A DNA stretch of 60,690 bases, the filler included, from Sphacelaria rigidula (Eukaryota): assembly GCA_964200075.2 (NCBI GenBank). It is 7 parts of 7 records of this genome, joined end to end, with 100 filler letters (N's around TTAATTAATTAA, not from the genome) between each part and the next. Parts side by side here need not be neighbours in the genome. Positions count along the whole stretch, not along the records: positions 34,740 to 43,323 come from CAXNAA020010697.1; positions 43,424 to 52,007 come from CAXNAA020010698.1; 5 more parts are not named here. One strand, given 5' to 3'. The position numbers and the translations under genes were made by a program. Each line of letters opens with the position of its first letter. Within the stretch, counting starts at the first letter, position 1. Below, in pieces: positions 34,860 to 48,000 of the stretch. The notes beneath the pieces are model-generated. The model saw nothing but the letters and a program-made list of their open reading frames with translations. It was not told the origin of the DNA and ran no database searches.

Positions 34860-35751
34860 ATTCTGTGCTGAGCGGCTATGATTTTCTACCTTGTTTCCAC
34901 GGGCTACCTTTCCTCTCTATGTGGAGGGCGCTCCTGAAAGCCCTGCGCGTGCCGGGTCTTTTCTCGAGGCCCCTGGTGACGGTTGAGGGCCGGGTGGTGT
35001 CTGTAGACAAGGAGGAAGTAGTGGAGTTTCTGGGAGTCGGTTTCTTCTATAAGAAGGAATCGGTGTCCTCCACGGCCGGCACCAGCGTGGAGTACATCCT
35101 CCGCGAACTAGCGGGGGGGAAAGTGACGCTCTTCGTCAAATGGGTGAGATTTTTGGAGTGGAAGTTGGGCGGCAGGAGGCCAACAGACCTTGTGCCGCCC
35201 GCGCATGCGCTTCGCTTCCAAGCGCAGCGAGCTGGAGCCGTATTGGAAGTTTGATGGCGGGCATGGAGGAGTCCATGGCGGACGTGGAGTTCAACAATCG
35301 CGGTTGGAGTACCACGTCTGATCACGCACAATCATCCATGACCAAGGCCAATGTTGTTGTCAACTTATCGGAACATGCACGTATCGACCCCAAGGACAAT
35401 ATCAATCGTCCTCTGTGCGGGTGTAACCGATCGGCGGCGGAGAAACACCAGTGCAACGGCAACTGCAAATGCGCGAAGCTTGGGAAGAATCGCCATTCCA
35501 TACTATGTGGGTGCAGGGGGCGGTGCGATCCTGCTGTCGACGCGCAAAGCGTACCGGTTGGCAAAGGGTTGCAGTTGGTGATGGCGAATGAGGTGGATCC
35601 CGGGGGTGCTAGCAGCGACGAAGCAGAGATGAGCTCGGATGACGACTGCGAGTGCCGTAGCAGCACATCATCCGAGGAATCATCTGGTTCGCACGGAGAC
35701 ACGGCCGAGGACGTACTGGAATGGTACTTGGATCGGATGAACGATGTGTGA
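34860..35751 (+). mobile_element. C-terminal remnant of an AcademX-like transposase (XPG/FEN H3TH-like motif plus Cys-rich zinc finger), one frameshift at ~35253
   Basis: VLSGYDFLPCFHG (H3TH-like) ... LVPPAHALRFQAQRAGAVLEV(W)MAG...NNRGW ... CGCNRSAAEKHQCNGNCKCAKLGKNRHSILCGCRGRC, then an acidic tail and stop at 35751. Restoring one base at GTT TG^ATG joins the two ORFs. Confidence 0.6.
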
Positions 35752-37889
35752 GAGAGTGGTCAACGCACAGGAATGATACCGAGAGCTTCGGCGAAGGAGG
35801 TTCGCGTCGATAGTCATGCGCCTCTGTCCCCCTTCGTTCATTATGATGCACAGGTCCGTGCATCGCCCGCAATCCCGGAGATTCCTTCTTGTGTTTGATA
35901 TTATATTGGATGAATGGAGCTGCGGTGGATTGCAGTAATTGAATTGTTGCAATCTGTCAAATGTTGCAATATGTGAGTTTGTAACATGAGGGAAGCACAA
36001 TGTGGCTGCCGTAGATGGTATTGGAATGTGGCTGTCGATGAGCGAGTTTTGGGAAAGCATACGTCGTGGGAGTTGCGCGAGCATGCAACCGCCGATTGAT
36101 GTCGATCAGTCATGCTGCGCGGCTACGCCGCCCCATTTCCGGTGCTATCGTGAGGAACGCCCCCCGCTCCCTCTCCGTCGGGCTCGAAAGGAACACGACT
36201 GTGGCTCGCTGACCCTCTCTGCGTCTTTTCATTCGCGTGTGCGCTACATTTCGCCTCAGGTGCACGAAAAGCGGCGAAACCAGACTGTGAGACTGCCACG
36301 GGTTGTATCGCGGATGGACGGAGACCATGTACACTGCAGGATGTAATGTGCTCTCATGGAAGTATCGGTTGTCGTTCGCATTATGCGCTCGACATCTCAG
36401 ATGTGCCCGCCGCGGCGGCAGTGGAGGCGTCAACGGTCGCGATGTCGCGTCGGCCTTTTTTGCCATAGAAAGTCGTACGATTTGTTGGGTATCGACCGAC
36501 GCCGGCGCATCGTGCGTTCTGATGTGGGCGCTCGGCATTTGATCGAACGGTTTTGCGGCCTGAACTTCCCGCCGCAGCGAAGGATACAGTGTACATACCA
36601 TCAGGGTATTGAGCGTTGAGGGCAAGTGTTCTTCCTGCGGAGATGGTGCGTTTTGAAATGGATACGGTCACTTGTGTGGGCTCCTCCTATATGTTACTCC
36701 GTGGAAATAGCAAAAAACCAGGCGCTAGATTGCGAGAGTCATGCATTCTCCATCACCAAAAAACGTATCGTTCACGTGACCTTCCGCAATGTCATATCAT
36801 GGGATTTTATGGGCTTCATTTGATCTTCGGTGTGATTTTCGACGAAGTATGCGGTCAAGACCCCGCCCACGAGGGGGCTGGTGTCACCTGGGAAATTTTA
36901 CGCCATTACTGCTTCTCGCCGGCGTTGGTCTATGTTTGTGTTTTTCTTATTGCGGAACTGCAATATCCGAGAAATGTTATATTTTGTTTTTCACAAAATG
37001 CGCCGAAAGTGCGACCGTCAAGTCTTGCCGCCAACGCCATTTATGATGCGTCAAAGATTTATGTGATTGGCTGTTGGCATTTCGCTGTCGATTTTCAGCC
37101 GACGGCAGGGTTGGGCAGATGTTGGCACCTCGGAATAACAAGCTTTATTCGTCGACACTATTGTAAAGGACCTTGATAGCCCCCACAACACTTTGTTTGT
37201 GGCCGAACCCGCACTCTCCATAACCGGGGCGGTCGCGTAACAAGAAAAATGCAGACCCGAGTACCTTCGCGTTTCGTGTACGCGACAATTTCGTTTGCGG
37301 TCGAAGTTGCAACTGCAATAACAAACGATACAGTTGTTGACAACAAATTCGTTTTCATTTCTTGGAAGCAAAGTCAATGTCTTATTATGAAAACAACTTC
37401 GTATTTTTCTTGTGCTTCATGCATTTTATTCAGTTGGCCGCTTGTTGCTGAGATGCATTTCATTCAGCCGGCTGCTTGTGGCTGAGATAACAATTTCGGG
37501 CGCGAGTAGAGCCGTGACATAACCCTGAAACGAAAAATCGCTGCGGAACGGGATCAGCGAAGATATACGATCGTTCCGATGTGTCAACCTCCGTCGAAAC
37601 CTCATCTGCGAGATAATTACTCATGGGAGGGCAAACAGGCGATTTCCATCGAGACACATTCTTACACGCGATAAGTGGCCAAACAGATATAGTTACCATG
37701 GTACAACAAAGAAACACGAAAAAAAGGCGTGCGTTGAACCTGACCTTTGTCACGGCATCGACAGAATATTTGGCGTGGAGACAAACCTACACTGGGGTGC
37801 GGTATCGCATCTGCGCGATACCTTAGCCCACAGTGCTTCTCGCCGTATGCACCATCAGTACGAGACACAAACAGGGTGTCTTCCATCGT

Positions 37890-38230
37890 ACCCTGCGTCC
37901 GACGCGTTCGCGGACCCCGCAGTTGTTGCCATCATACTGGGTGGGTGGCCTTTCGGTGGAAATAGGACGGCGGTAACTCACCGAATCTGTGACATGCAGC
38001 GTAACCACCTCATGCATCTTTTCGAGCGTTCAGTACGGAATTTTCCACTTTTCAAGCGTTACTTTGTTCGTGGATTCCTCCACCGTGTCCCCACCACCCG
38101 GCTTCAAACTTGGCACGTAAATACAGCACAACACAGACAGCATATACGTTGTTCGGCGGCACGTGATGGGTAATGCACACGGTGAACAGAGCGAACACGG
38201 ATTGTGGGTCATGCTGTCCATACGCCCTCA
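37890..38230 (-). pseudogene. Possible Ulp1/C48 peptidase remnant of a DNA transposon
   Basis: Minus-strand PTQYDGNNCGV resembles the Ulp1 Q-x(4-5)-CG catalytic motif. Surrounding frames are broken and the catalytic His was not identified. Confidence 0.25.
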
Positions 38231-38708
38231 AAACGGCGTCTCTGCAGCCCAGACTGCGCGACACATCGCTGGATGCATATTCTGACACGCGGGTGCGTTC
38301 ACTTCCACGTTATGACCTACTACGCAGCTTCTGCGCCGTGAAACAAACATCGATCTGTGCTTGCACCCATTGTGGATGATGACATTCTGTGCGGTACAAA
38401 TTCTGGTATCGTCTGTAGAGGTCCTCAATTCAGGAGGCACGGCCGTACACGCGCTGTCAGAACTTCCAAGCGCTGAAACTTCATCCGCACGTCATGTAGA
38501 CCATAGGCAACATCCTCGTGTTGCTAAATCTGGGGTTGCGTTGCGGGTGCGTGCGTGTCGGGGCGAAAATACGGATTCTGTTCCGAATCAATAGTTATTT
38601 TTTCTTTCCGGCGCAACACTGTGTTGATGTGGTGCTGGTGCTTATGGTTGTCCCTCTGATGGACATGAGCGCTTACAGCACTCTTGTGTGTGGGTGAGAT
38701 GTGCTTAT

Positions 38709-39560
38709 ACCCTGGACAATAGACTATGTAATAAAACATTGGCGCTGCAATAGCCCCGAAAGTTTGACTGTCAATATTCATTGTCAGTCATGATCGACCG
38801 GCATCAATGTCTATCGATAGCCATCGTAAGCGACAATGGATTCGGGACGAGGGACGGAATGTATCATTGCCGTGACAATGGAGCGGCCAACTTGTCTGCA
38901 TTGTGGCCACCAATGTCTATTGCTAATCACAAAAAGATCTGCCACGCGGCCACCAATACATATTTTTGGTCACAATGGGATATCAACTGCGCCCACCAAT
39001 GTCTATTAAGGGTCACAAAAAATCTGAATCGCGGCCACTAATATCTGTTGCTGACCACGAAAGTAGCTGAATGACGTCGATCACTAGCGCCATGTATGCA
39101 CATATCTATATGTATCCACCTTATTCCACAGAAGGCATGGTCCGCTATCGCCTCAGGTCCTTGCGTGTTCATGTGTAAGGGGTATTGCCGTTGATGTCAT
39201 TAGACCATTGCAGTGAGCAGTCTAAAATATTTCCAAAACCTATCGTTGGCGTCACTGGCTATCGATAGGTGCTCCCGAGAACAATCGATTGTTGACGGCA
39301 ATGCCCATTTTGATAGATACCAAAAATGCATTGTTGGCGGCACAGGCTACCAATAGACGGCTCACCATTCCATTGATGATGGTAATAGGTATTGATAGAT
39401 GGCTCACCTTATCTATTGATGGCAATGACTATCGATGGATGGCTCACTAGACCTATTGATAACGGCAATGATTATCGATGGATGGCTCACCAAACCTTTT
39501 GATCATGGCAATTGCTATCGATATTTACATCCCAAAATCTATTGCGGTACACGATGTCCA
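38709..39560 (+). mobile_element. Left end of the ACCCTGGACAAT family element with ATCGAT-rich subterminal repeats
   Basis: Starts TACCCTGGACAATAG. Inverted homologue of 26340-27045. Repeated GGCAATG(A/G)CTATCGATGGATGGCTCAC units. Confidence 0.7.
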
Positions 39561-41191
39561 TCGATGGCGAGTGATCTTTATTATTGTAATTGAGATAGGC
39601 TATCGATCGACTGCGCACCATCTGTTGTCCCTTGCAATACATATCAAGAGATGTGTTTCACGATGGTGTTCCATAATATACATGGATAGATTTTCCCCGT
39701 GTCTATTGCTGAAGCGATGGACTATTTTTGTGTCGATTGTCCAGAGTGTGCAACGCTGTGTCCACCTGTGCATTTTCGAACTCCACGCTGGTCGATCGCA
39801 CACTTGGCGGCACAACCTGCGGCTAATCACTGCGAAGAAAAGAATTCGACATCAAGCCACGTCACATCAGCTTCCGCTATGAACTTTTTGGCGTCCACGC
39901 TGAAAGTTCAGCGCTCCCACTCTGCACTCTGACTCTACGATAAGGAAAATATGTATTCCGAAACTCTTCATTGAATCAGCATCAATTTCACCTGAAAAAT
40001 TATTCTGCATGACCCAGATGACCTACCCTCGCGGTCAAAGGGTTGACGCCTCTGAAATGTCGAACCCCTCTGGGAGGAGTCAGACCCTCTCAGATGGACT
40101 ATTGGTGAAATAGGCAAAAAAGATGGAAAGGGAATGCTTTCGATTTTACCGAAAAATTGCGCCAAGCTCGAGGTTCGTGACCGCAGATAACTACAACATG
40201 GTGTCATCGGCGGAAACAGAACGAGTCATCTGCGGTCACCCACGTCAAGGATCAGTCGACGTGAATGTTTCAAGATGCGGCCTCACGCTCATAGTAAAAA
40301 ATAACAACAGCGCGGCGTTCACTACCCGATCGAGACACACGACTTGCTTACTGTACTGGACGGTACTATTCTGTACTGCAGTCCTGTGCTGTTGAGTCCT
40401 GTGCTGTTCTGTCCATCGCACAATAATTCAATACGGTACTCGTACAGTAGAGTAGTATACAAAACAGCAGAGGCAAGGCCCGCCACAGATATCAATCGCC
40501 CTGCTTGTCGTACACTGTAGTAAGTTACAACAGTGATAATGGCATACGGTGCAGTCGAATCGTCAAGACCCAGGAGGTGGTGTAATGGCTGGGCTTGTGT
40601 AATTCAACTTTGGAGGGTTCATGGCATCTTTGGGTTGCGCATACAGACAGACGGTACACTCATAAACATAAATCGTAAAATACGGTGCGGTGTCATCATC
40701 ATTACTGGCGTCAAATGATAGAACCCTGGAGTTTTAATCAGATGGCAACATGTCCGCCGGAAACATGAACGAGACGAAATTGTTGCATTGTGGCACGCAG
40801 TATGCAGGAGGGGGGAGGAGGGAGGAGGGAAGGTCGAGCAGCTGACAGCTATCGAAGAGGAACAAGGCCCGAACCCAGAACTTGCTCACTCGAGTTTTCC
40901 TTGAACATACCAGCCAACAGACAGTACAGCCAGTGCAGTGCAGTTGCAGTAAGACAGTACCTGGCTGTTCTTGTGCCGGGCCATCGTTCAGAACAACAGT
41001 ACACGACAGTACAATATAAACAGCAGCACCGTACACTGTACATTGACGATCGCGTAGATAACAGTCGAGACAGACGGCACAACAGCAAGTAAAGGACAGT
41101 TTTGCAGTGCAGCTAGTAACCCGACAGGAAGTAACTCCGACAGCGGTTGCGGCAGATACTACAAGTAAAGCTGTTGTATGATGTCTGTACT

Positions 41192-41314
41192 GTACAGTAC
41201 AGTACAGTACAGTACAGTACAGTACAGTACAGTACAGTACAGTACAGTACAGTACAGTACATTACAGTACAGTACAGTACAGTACAGTACAGTACAGTAC
41301 AGTACAGTACAGTA
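41192..41314. repeat. (CAGTA)n pentanucleotide microsatellite, about 24 units
   Basis: Direct reading; one interrupted unit (CATTA). Confidence 0.97.
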
Positions 41315-42320
41315 TCAGCCAACAAGTACAGTCGTCTTGCTCCGACAGTCAAGTGGCGACTCCCTGTTGTGCTTGCAACAGAATCATTGGCCTGACAGTG
41401 AACTGTGGTAACCAAGAAGTTTGCGGCCATAATTGGGGGATCATCATCTCGACGCCCATCCCTCGGACGGAAGCCTGAGCGCCAACGGTCTGAATACCTG
41501 ACGATGAACGATACATGATCCATTGACAACAACGAAATTTCACCGGTCACATGCCGGTCATCCTGGCTTTCTCTCGTGCTGAAGGGCACGGTGAACTCAC
41601 CTTCCCCGTCTAGGCACATTACTTGCCGCCGCCGAGACTGACATTGACGGCTGCGATGGACTAGACTCTGATTCAGTGCCTCCCATGGATTGAACATTCT
41701 CTTCTTCTCGTATGTCCTTCATCGCCAGCTGCTTGCTGCCCATCGCCAGCTGATTTGCTGCTGTCCTCTGTCTGATCCAGAGACCTTTTTTTGAAACAAG
41801 ATGACAGGTGTACCTTGTTCCGCCGCTAATCGGGAAAGCACACCCTGTCTTGAAGAGAGCCCGTGCGAGCGAGCGCAACGTCTCACGAACTTTACTGCCT
41901 CCAGTGGAATACTTCAATGGAGACAACGCGTACACTCTTTGCGATATGCGATGGCCACGACCCACCAGCCTCGGTGGGCGCTGTACTTACCTGTCAGGTG
42001 ATGCAAGCGAATAATTATATGGTTATAGAACTTAATATACGGTATACAACTGATTTCTCTGACCTGTAGTCAAGATGAAAGCTTGAGCTTGTGCTTCAAG
42101 TGTGCACCGAAGACCAAGAAGCGAACCAAACGCACGCTCACGTTAAAAAGTCCGGATAGACACTACTTTCAGGTTATCTGGAAATTTTATTGTATATTTT
42201 CAGATACTAACGGGATGATATTATGTGTGTTTATACAATATCTGATATTTCAAACTCTACTGCTGACAATTTTCTCCTGGATTTCACTTTTATTTTTCAG
42301 GTGTGAATGAGGCCGATTAA

Positions 42321-42514
42321 CCCTTAGACAGCGGTCATCTGCTGAATCGGCATCAATTTCACTCGAAAAAAATATGCATGATCCAGATAAACTACCCGCG
42401 CGGTCTAGGGGTTAACCCTTAGACCGCGAGATTAGTCTTTCTGGATCATGCATACTCTTTTTTCACTCGCAATTGGTGCTGACTCAACAGAACACTAACC
42501 TCGCGGTCTAAGGG
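42321..42514. mobile_element. Two adjacent ~95-bp piggyBac-type MITEs in inverted orientation sharing a TTAA (42321-42411 and 42416-42514); further copies at ~39970-40043 and ~43001-43125
   Basis: TTAA|CCCTTAGAC...GGTCTAGGGG|TTAA|CCCTTAGACCGCG...CGCGGTCTAAGGG|TTAA. CCC/GGG termini with a TTAA target site are diagnostic of piggyBac. Confidence 0.85.
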
Positions 42515-43323
42515 TTAAGAGACCTCCTACCCTCGCGGTTAAAGGGATGAGCAATCGTAGCTGTCATAGCTCTCATAGCGCATCCAGGGCAATCATGTGT
42601 AGCTCATCCATCTGTAATAGCTCATCCGGAGCAAACATGCCTAGCTCATGCAGCTCTCATAGCTCACCCAGGACGCATCTGCCACGGTTTCCGCAGGGGG
42701 TGGTCTTGGTCGGGGATCGTCTCCAACCACGACGACCGTCGAGCTACGGGTTGGTATCTCACCTATCGCAAACGTGCGTAGCTCATACAGATCTCATAGA
42801 TCACCCCAGGAAGAACGTGCGTAGCTCATGTAGCTCTCATATAGCTCACTAGGGAGCTACGCTCAAAAAGAACTAGCTCGAGCTATAGAGAGCTGATCTG
42901 TCCGACGTGTGAAATATAGCCTTATGGATAGTATGCGGCATCTTCCATAGCACGGGAAACGGTATGCATTCATCATGTTCATACTACTACAGATCGCCAA
43001 CCCTCGCGGCCAAAGGGCTAACCCCTTGACGGCGAGCATAAGTCATGCATCTATCTGTTGAATCGGCTCCAATTGCACTTGAAAAACGTATGCATGACCA
43101 GATGGACTCGTACCCTCGCGTCCAACCGATCAAAATGAATGACTCGGTCGATTATTGTAGACACTGAATATTGATGATACTTTTTTTTACCATCCGACCA
43201 ACCAAGCGAACGAGGTATGTGTTGGCTTCTATTCTTCCTATTGCGAAGAGTGAAACAGCCGATTATCTATGTTGAGGATGGTGCTTTTGATTGAGGATGA
43301 GAACCCGGAGGATTAAAATCTTC

Positions 43324-43423
43324 NNNNNNNNNNNNNNNNNNNNNNNNNNNNNNNNNNNNNNNNNNNNTTAATTAATTAANNNNNNNNNNNNNNNNNNNNN
43401 NNNNNNNNNNNNNNNNNNNNNNN
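43324..43423. other. Artificial contig-joining spacer
   Basis: 44 N + TTAATTAATTAA + 44 N. Confidence 0.98.
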
Positions 43424-43736
43424 CCTGGTCAACACGACAGGGTGTTTCGAGCCGCACCCTGATGACTGCGGGTGCCTCCTCCGCTCCCCCCCCCCCCCCC
43501 CCCCCCCTCCTCGCCCCGCTATTCTCGCTCCCTTTTGAAGTGATTTTTTCATCGACGGTCGTGATCAGTGTGACCTGCTATACACAATACACAGGACGAT
43601 TGCTGCTGCTTGCGTGCTGGCCTGACTTCCGCTCTGGCTGTTTTTGATCGTTCGTTTGTTTTTTTCGTATTTTTTGTTTTGCGGTGTTGAATGTGTCTTT
43701 TTTTTGTCGCTGTTGCAAACCAACAAAAAAATCCAG

Positions 43737-45025
43737 CAAGAGGCAGTTGCCATGAATGGACTCGGGTACCTATTTTACCACGGACTGGCGGGCGTGCCGC
43801 AAGACTTTCCGAGAGCACTCGAGTGCTTTGAAATGGCACAAAGCCAGGACAAGGACAAAAATGTCAACATTCTCTTCAACCTGGGGCTGGTGAGTGGGAG
43901 GTCGTGCGACACCACAAAATGTGGGTGGTATTCAGGTGTAACGGGGAATGTGCGAGCATTTTGTTGGAACAGTGTCATCATATTTTTGCCGTTTTCGATG
44001 GAAATTAGTGGAATAAGGAAAAAATACACGAGAGTTGTGAAGGAAGTGATTTTGAACAATTTGTAGTGAAAGAGAATCTCAGCTACATGGCGTATGACGT
44101 ATTTAAGGTGAAATTGACGGCAGTTACCACCATTCCCTCCCGTTATTGCCCGCTTGTATCTTGAACATCTTGCTATTGTGCGCTCTCTCTTCTGTATGTT
44201 TTTTGTGTGTGTTTGGGGTGGGGGTGGGCCGATATCTTTCATTCTTCCCTTCTCCTCATGCAGTTGTTCAAAGGGGATAAATTAGTAGATAAACGAGGAA
44301 AACCCCTGGGATTCGAAGTTACCAACTCGGCCGGAGAGAAAAGTGTCTTGAAAAAGGACTTGGTCAAGGCGCGATCCTACTTCGAGGCGGCAGCCACCCG
44401 CGGACATGTGGAGGCGGCGTTCCAGGCGGCCCACTTGTACGCGCAGTCGGAGCCTTTGAGCGTCGGAGAATGCCAGGTGGGTAACTCCAAGCGTGCGCGT
44501 TTGTCATTGTCTCGTGTGCTTCGCTGTTGTTATTGTGAATGGTGATGGTGATGTTCTGTTGTTGCTGTCGCTCTTCCTTGCTGTTGCTGTTGCTGTTGTT
44601 GTTGCTGCTGCTGCTGCTGCTGCTGTGGGTGGTGATGGGGGATGATACTGTGTTCTTGTTGGCTTCTATCTCGACCTTTGATAATTTGTGAAGCAGGTCT
44701 CTTCAGCGCCGTTTGTGTAGGTGTGTGGGTGCATGTGTGCGTGTGTGAGCACTTAGTATTTCTTTGTCTCTTCTTATAATACTTTTGTTTCGTGTCTAGT
44801 GTTTGTATTTCAAGTTGTTCGATGGTCTTGCCCCTCATCGACAACTTTTGCCCCAGGAGCTTCCGTTTTACTTTTTCGTCTTCGTGTGAGGAAGTCGAAT
44901 GGTGGTAGAGTACAGGCTTAGCCGGACGCACCAGTACCGGGGAGGGGAGGGGAAAGGAGAGGAGGGGGGGGGGGGGGTGGGCAGGGACGGGTGTGTTCTA
45001 GGGGNNNNNNNNNNAGACGGAGGGT

Positions 45026-45090
<65 letters not shown>

Positions 45091-48000
45091 GGATCGTTAT
45101 GTTCTAGAGGCCGGGCACGCTAATCAAAAGTTGAAGGAAATGAAATCAAACAAACTTCGACTTCCTGATGAACGTAGGAGTTGGGAGCGTTTGCGTTGCC
45201 TACCATACCCTCCGCGCACCCCGTACGGCCCCTTCATCGTCCTTTGTGTGTTGAGCGATGTGCCCTAGTGTGCTTGTGACAGCACCCCCACCCACCCTAC
45301 TTCCCCCCGTGCTGCCAAGTAGCGCAAGCGCGTGCATAACGTTCAGCTCCTCGTTCCGTCCTTCTTGTGTTGAACGGCTTTTCCGTGTTGTGCTATGTTG
45401 TGCCTAGTTTGCGGTGCAGTTCCTGAAGATGGTGGTGGAGAAGGGACCGTGGATGCGAGGCATGCAAGAGGCATTAAATCGTTACGTTGAGGGGGATCAC
45501 GGTGGAGCGCTGGTGCTCTATTCTAGACTTGCGGAGGTACGTCCTACATGTGTGTGTGTTCCCGTGTGTTCCCGTGTGTTGTATGTGATGTGTGTGTTTG
45601 GGGGAGGGGAAAGGAGAGGAGAGGAGAGGGGGGGGGGAATCTTCGCTTTTGGTGGCTTTTGACCCTTCAATAACCAAGGTGAAGGGATGTGGTGTGTGAT
45701 TTCTGGGTTCGACGTTTCCTTTTGCGTATTGAGAAGGGAAAAGGAATGCGTCAGGTACAGGGGCGTAGTTTGCTCTTACGATGTCAATAAAAAAGCAGAG
45801 AGTTTGAACTACTGACGGTTCGTCCGACGGACTTCGCTGTATGTTCCGTTATGTGGGGACCTGTCTGTGTTGGTCGTCTTTTCCCTGTACTGCTGTAAAA
45901 TCGGTGGATTTGGCGGATATGTATCCCTGTTCTTCAAACGGAAATTGACTAGAATACGTGTGCCTTTCAAATATTTGCAAGGCACTTGACATGACACGTC
46001 ACAAAGTTCGTTGCACGTCACAAGTTAAGCGAGTCTAGTACTACGGTGGGGCAACCGAGTAGTCCCCCACCGTAGTACTAGCCTGGCCCGACGCTTAAGT
46101 TGATATGACTTGACTCTACACAGGGCTCCACGTGTACCGTTATGTTGTGATGTGTAACGTCAAGTGAATTTTATATTCGGCCCCCAAAGCCACAAGGTAC
46201 TCTTGATGACCAATCACGCGCAGTTGGATGCAACAAGCTACTAAACGCTGTATTTGCACGGAATTCTTGACGCACATGTATTTGCCGATGTGTGCTGCAC
46301 CCGTGCCTTGGAAGACAAACCGAAAAGTACGCATATGTTCGCCTCATACGGCCATGCGCAAAGTGCGGCCCTCCACCGGAACCCGCCGTACCCTAGTTGG
46401 TTCATGAGCAAATTCAACAACGACCAAGCCCGACCTGTCAGTTCGCGAGAGTTCGATTGCGCTCAGCGCCGACCATGTTGAACACACAAGTCTTGTTTCG
46501 CGACTCTTCTTCCAGCAGGTACATCGGGGGAAAAAACTGATTTTTTCGTGTCAAGCACATCACGGTACCGCTCAGTACTTCTCCCTGTTAGAAAGAGCGC
46601 ACATGTGTGCAGTCGAGATCATGTTTTTTGCGGCAGTTTTCAGCGGTGGTATGGCTATGATCATGGTCCCCCCGATGGTTCCAAGGTTGTGTTAGCTAAA
46701 TATATTCTATGATGCAAATCGACGACGTGGACGGGTGGTATGCACCGCCATCAGTTGTTCGGTAGCCGTTGCGATGGATTTTGGACTGTACACGGACTCA
46801 CTTACCATTGCATTCCGGCGTCGTGGCTGACTGCTGCCCATGCGGTAGGTGGCACGTGATATTATAGTAGCGTCTGATAGTAACAAACTTGATATCACGA
46901 AAAGAACGGTGTCACATGTTCTCACCTGCAATCAAATGGCAACATGGAGCAATGACGTACAGTGCAGCCGTAAGCAAGCCTGCCTGCCGCGAAGAACACG
47001 CTGTCGACTGCGAACGTGCGCGCCTTGTCCCGAGAGAGAGAGGTTGGTGAGCGATACCGTGATGTGGTTAACACGAAATAATCAATCATTTTCCCAACGT
47101 ACCTGCTGGTGGAAGAGCCGCGAAACAAAAGCACGAAGTCGCCAGATATTTCCCCTGATAAGGCTCACAACTTGTGTGTCAAACATGACGACTTGTGTGT
47201 CAAACATGATCGGTGCTGAGCTCGAATAAACTCTCGCAAACTACCACGTCGGGTTTGTGTGGCGTAACTAGGGCACGGCGGGTTCCGGTGGATGACCGCC
47301 CTTTGTGTATGGCCGTATGAGGCGAGAACATATGTACTTTTCGGGTTGTCTATCGAGGCACGGGTGCAGCACATATCGGCAATTTATGTACGTCAACGAC
47401 AGAGTTTAGTGTCATGTTGTACTCAATTGCGTGTGATTGGTTCATGCCCTGGACAACGCCAATGTATGGTCAACAGTTGCAATAGACAAAAAAAATGTAC
47501 TTTGTCAAATATATATTTATCGCACGGTAAACCCCCCCCCCCCCCCTTCTCGGGACGAGTCCGTGGTCTCAAGAGATTAACCCATATGTCCCCGGTACAC
47601 GCCTTGTATTTTGGTCTCGCGAATTGAGTCAGCACTCCCGCACCGCATCAACTCACGTGAAACGAACCCATTTGACTACTTTGTTTACTCACGTTCTTAT
47701 CGCTTTCCACGGCGGAAATCATACCTTACGAAGAAAAAGCCAACGCATCGGGAATCGAACCCCCGTTCTCTCCACCCTAATGGCGACAGTCGGACCATTA
47801 CACCACCGGGGCGCAGCAATACTACGAAGATAAAACCCGACACATCGGGAATCGAACCCTCGTTCTCTCCACGCTCATGGCGACCGTCGGACATGACACC
47901 CCCGGGGCGCGGCGGGCGGTACTGCGTAAGGTGTAGGCCTATTGCATCTATTGTCGGCCGATGATAGTTGCAATAGGCCCACACCTTCCGCAGAAAACAC

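Noticed and set aside
41113..41697. ORFs with VLYCT / STVQY repeats
   Set aside because: These are translations of the (CAGTA)n microsatellite.
47746..47812. Functional tRNA gene
   Set aside because: A and B boxes are present, but no convincing acceptor stem or cloverleaf was found. The head is duplicated and attached to a dispersed repeat body, so it is called a SINE.
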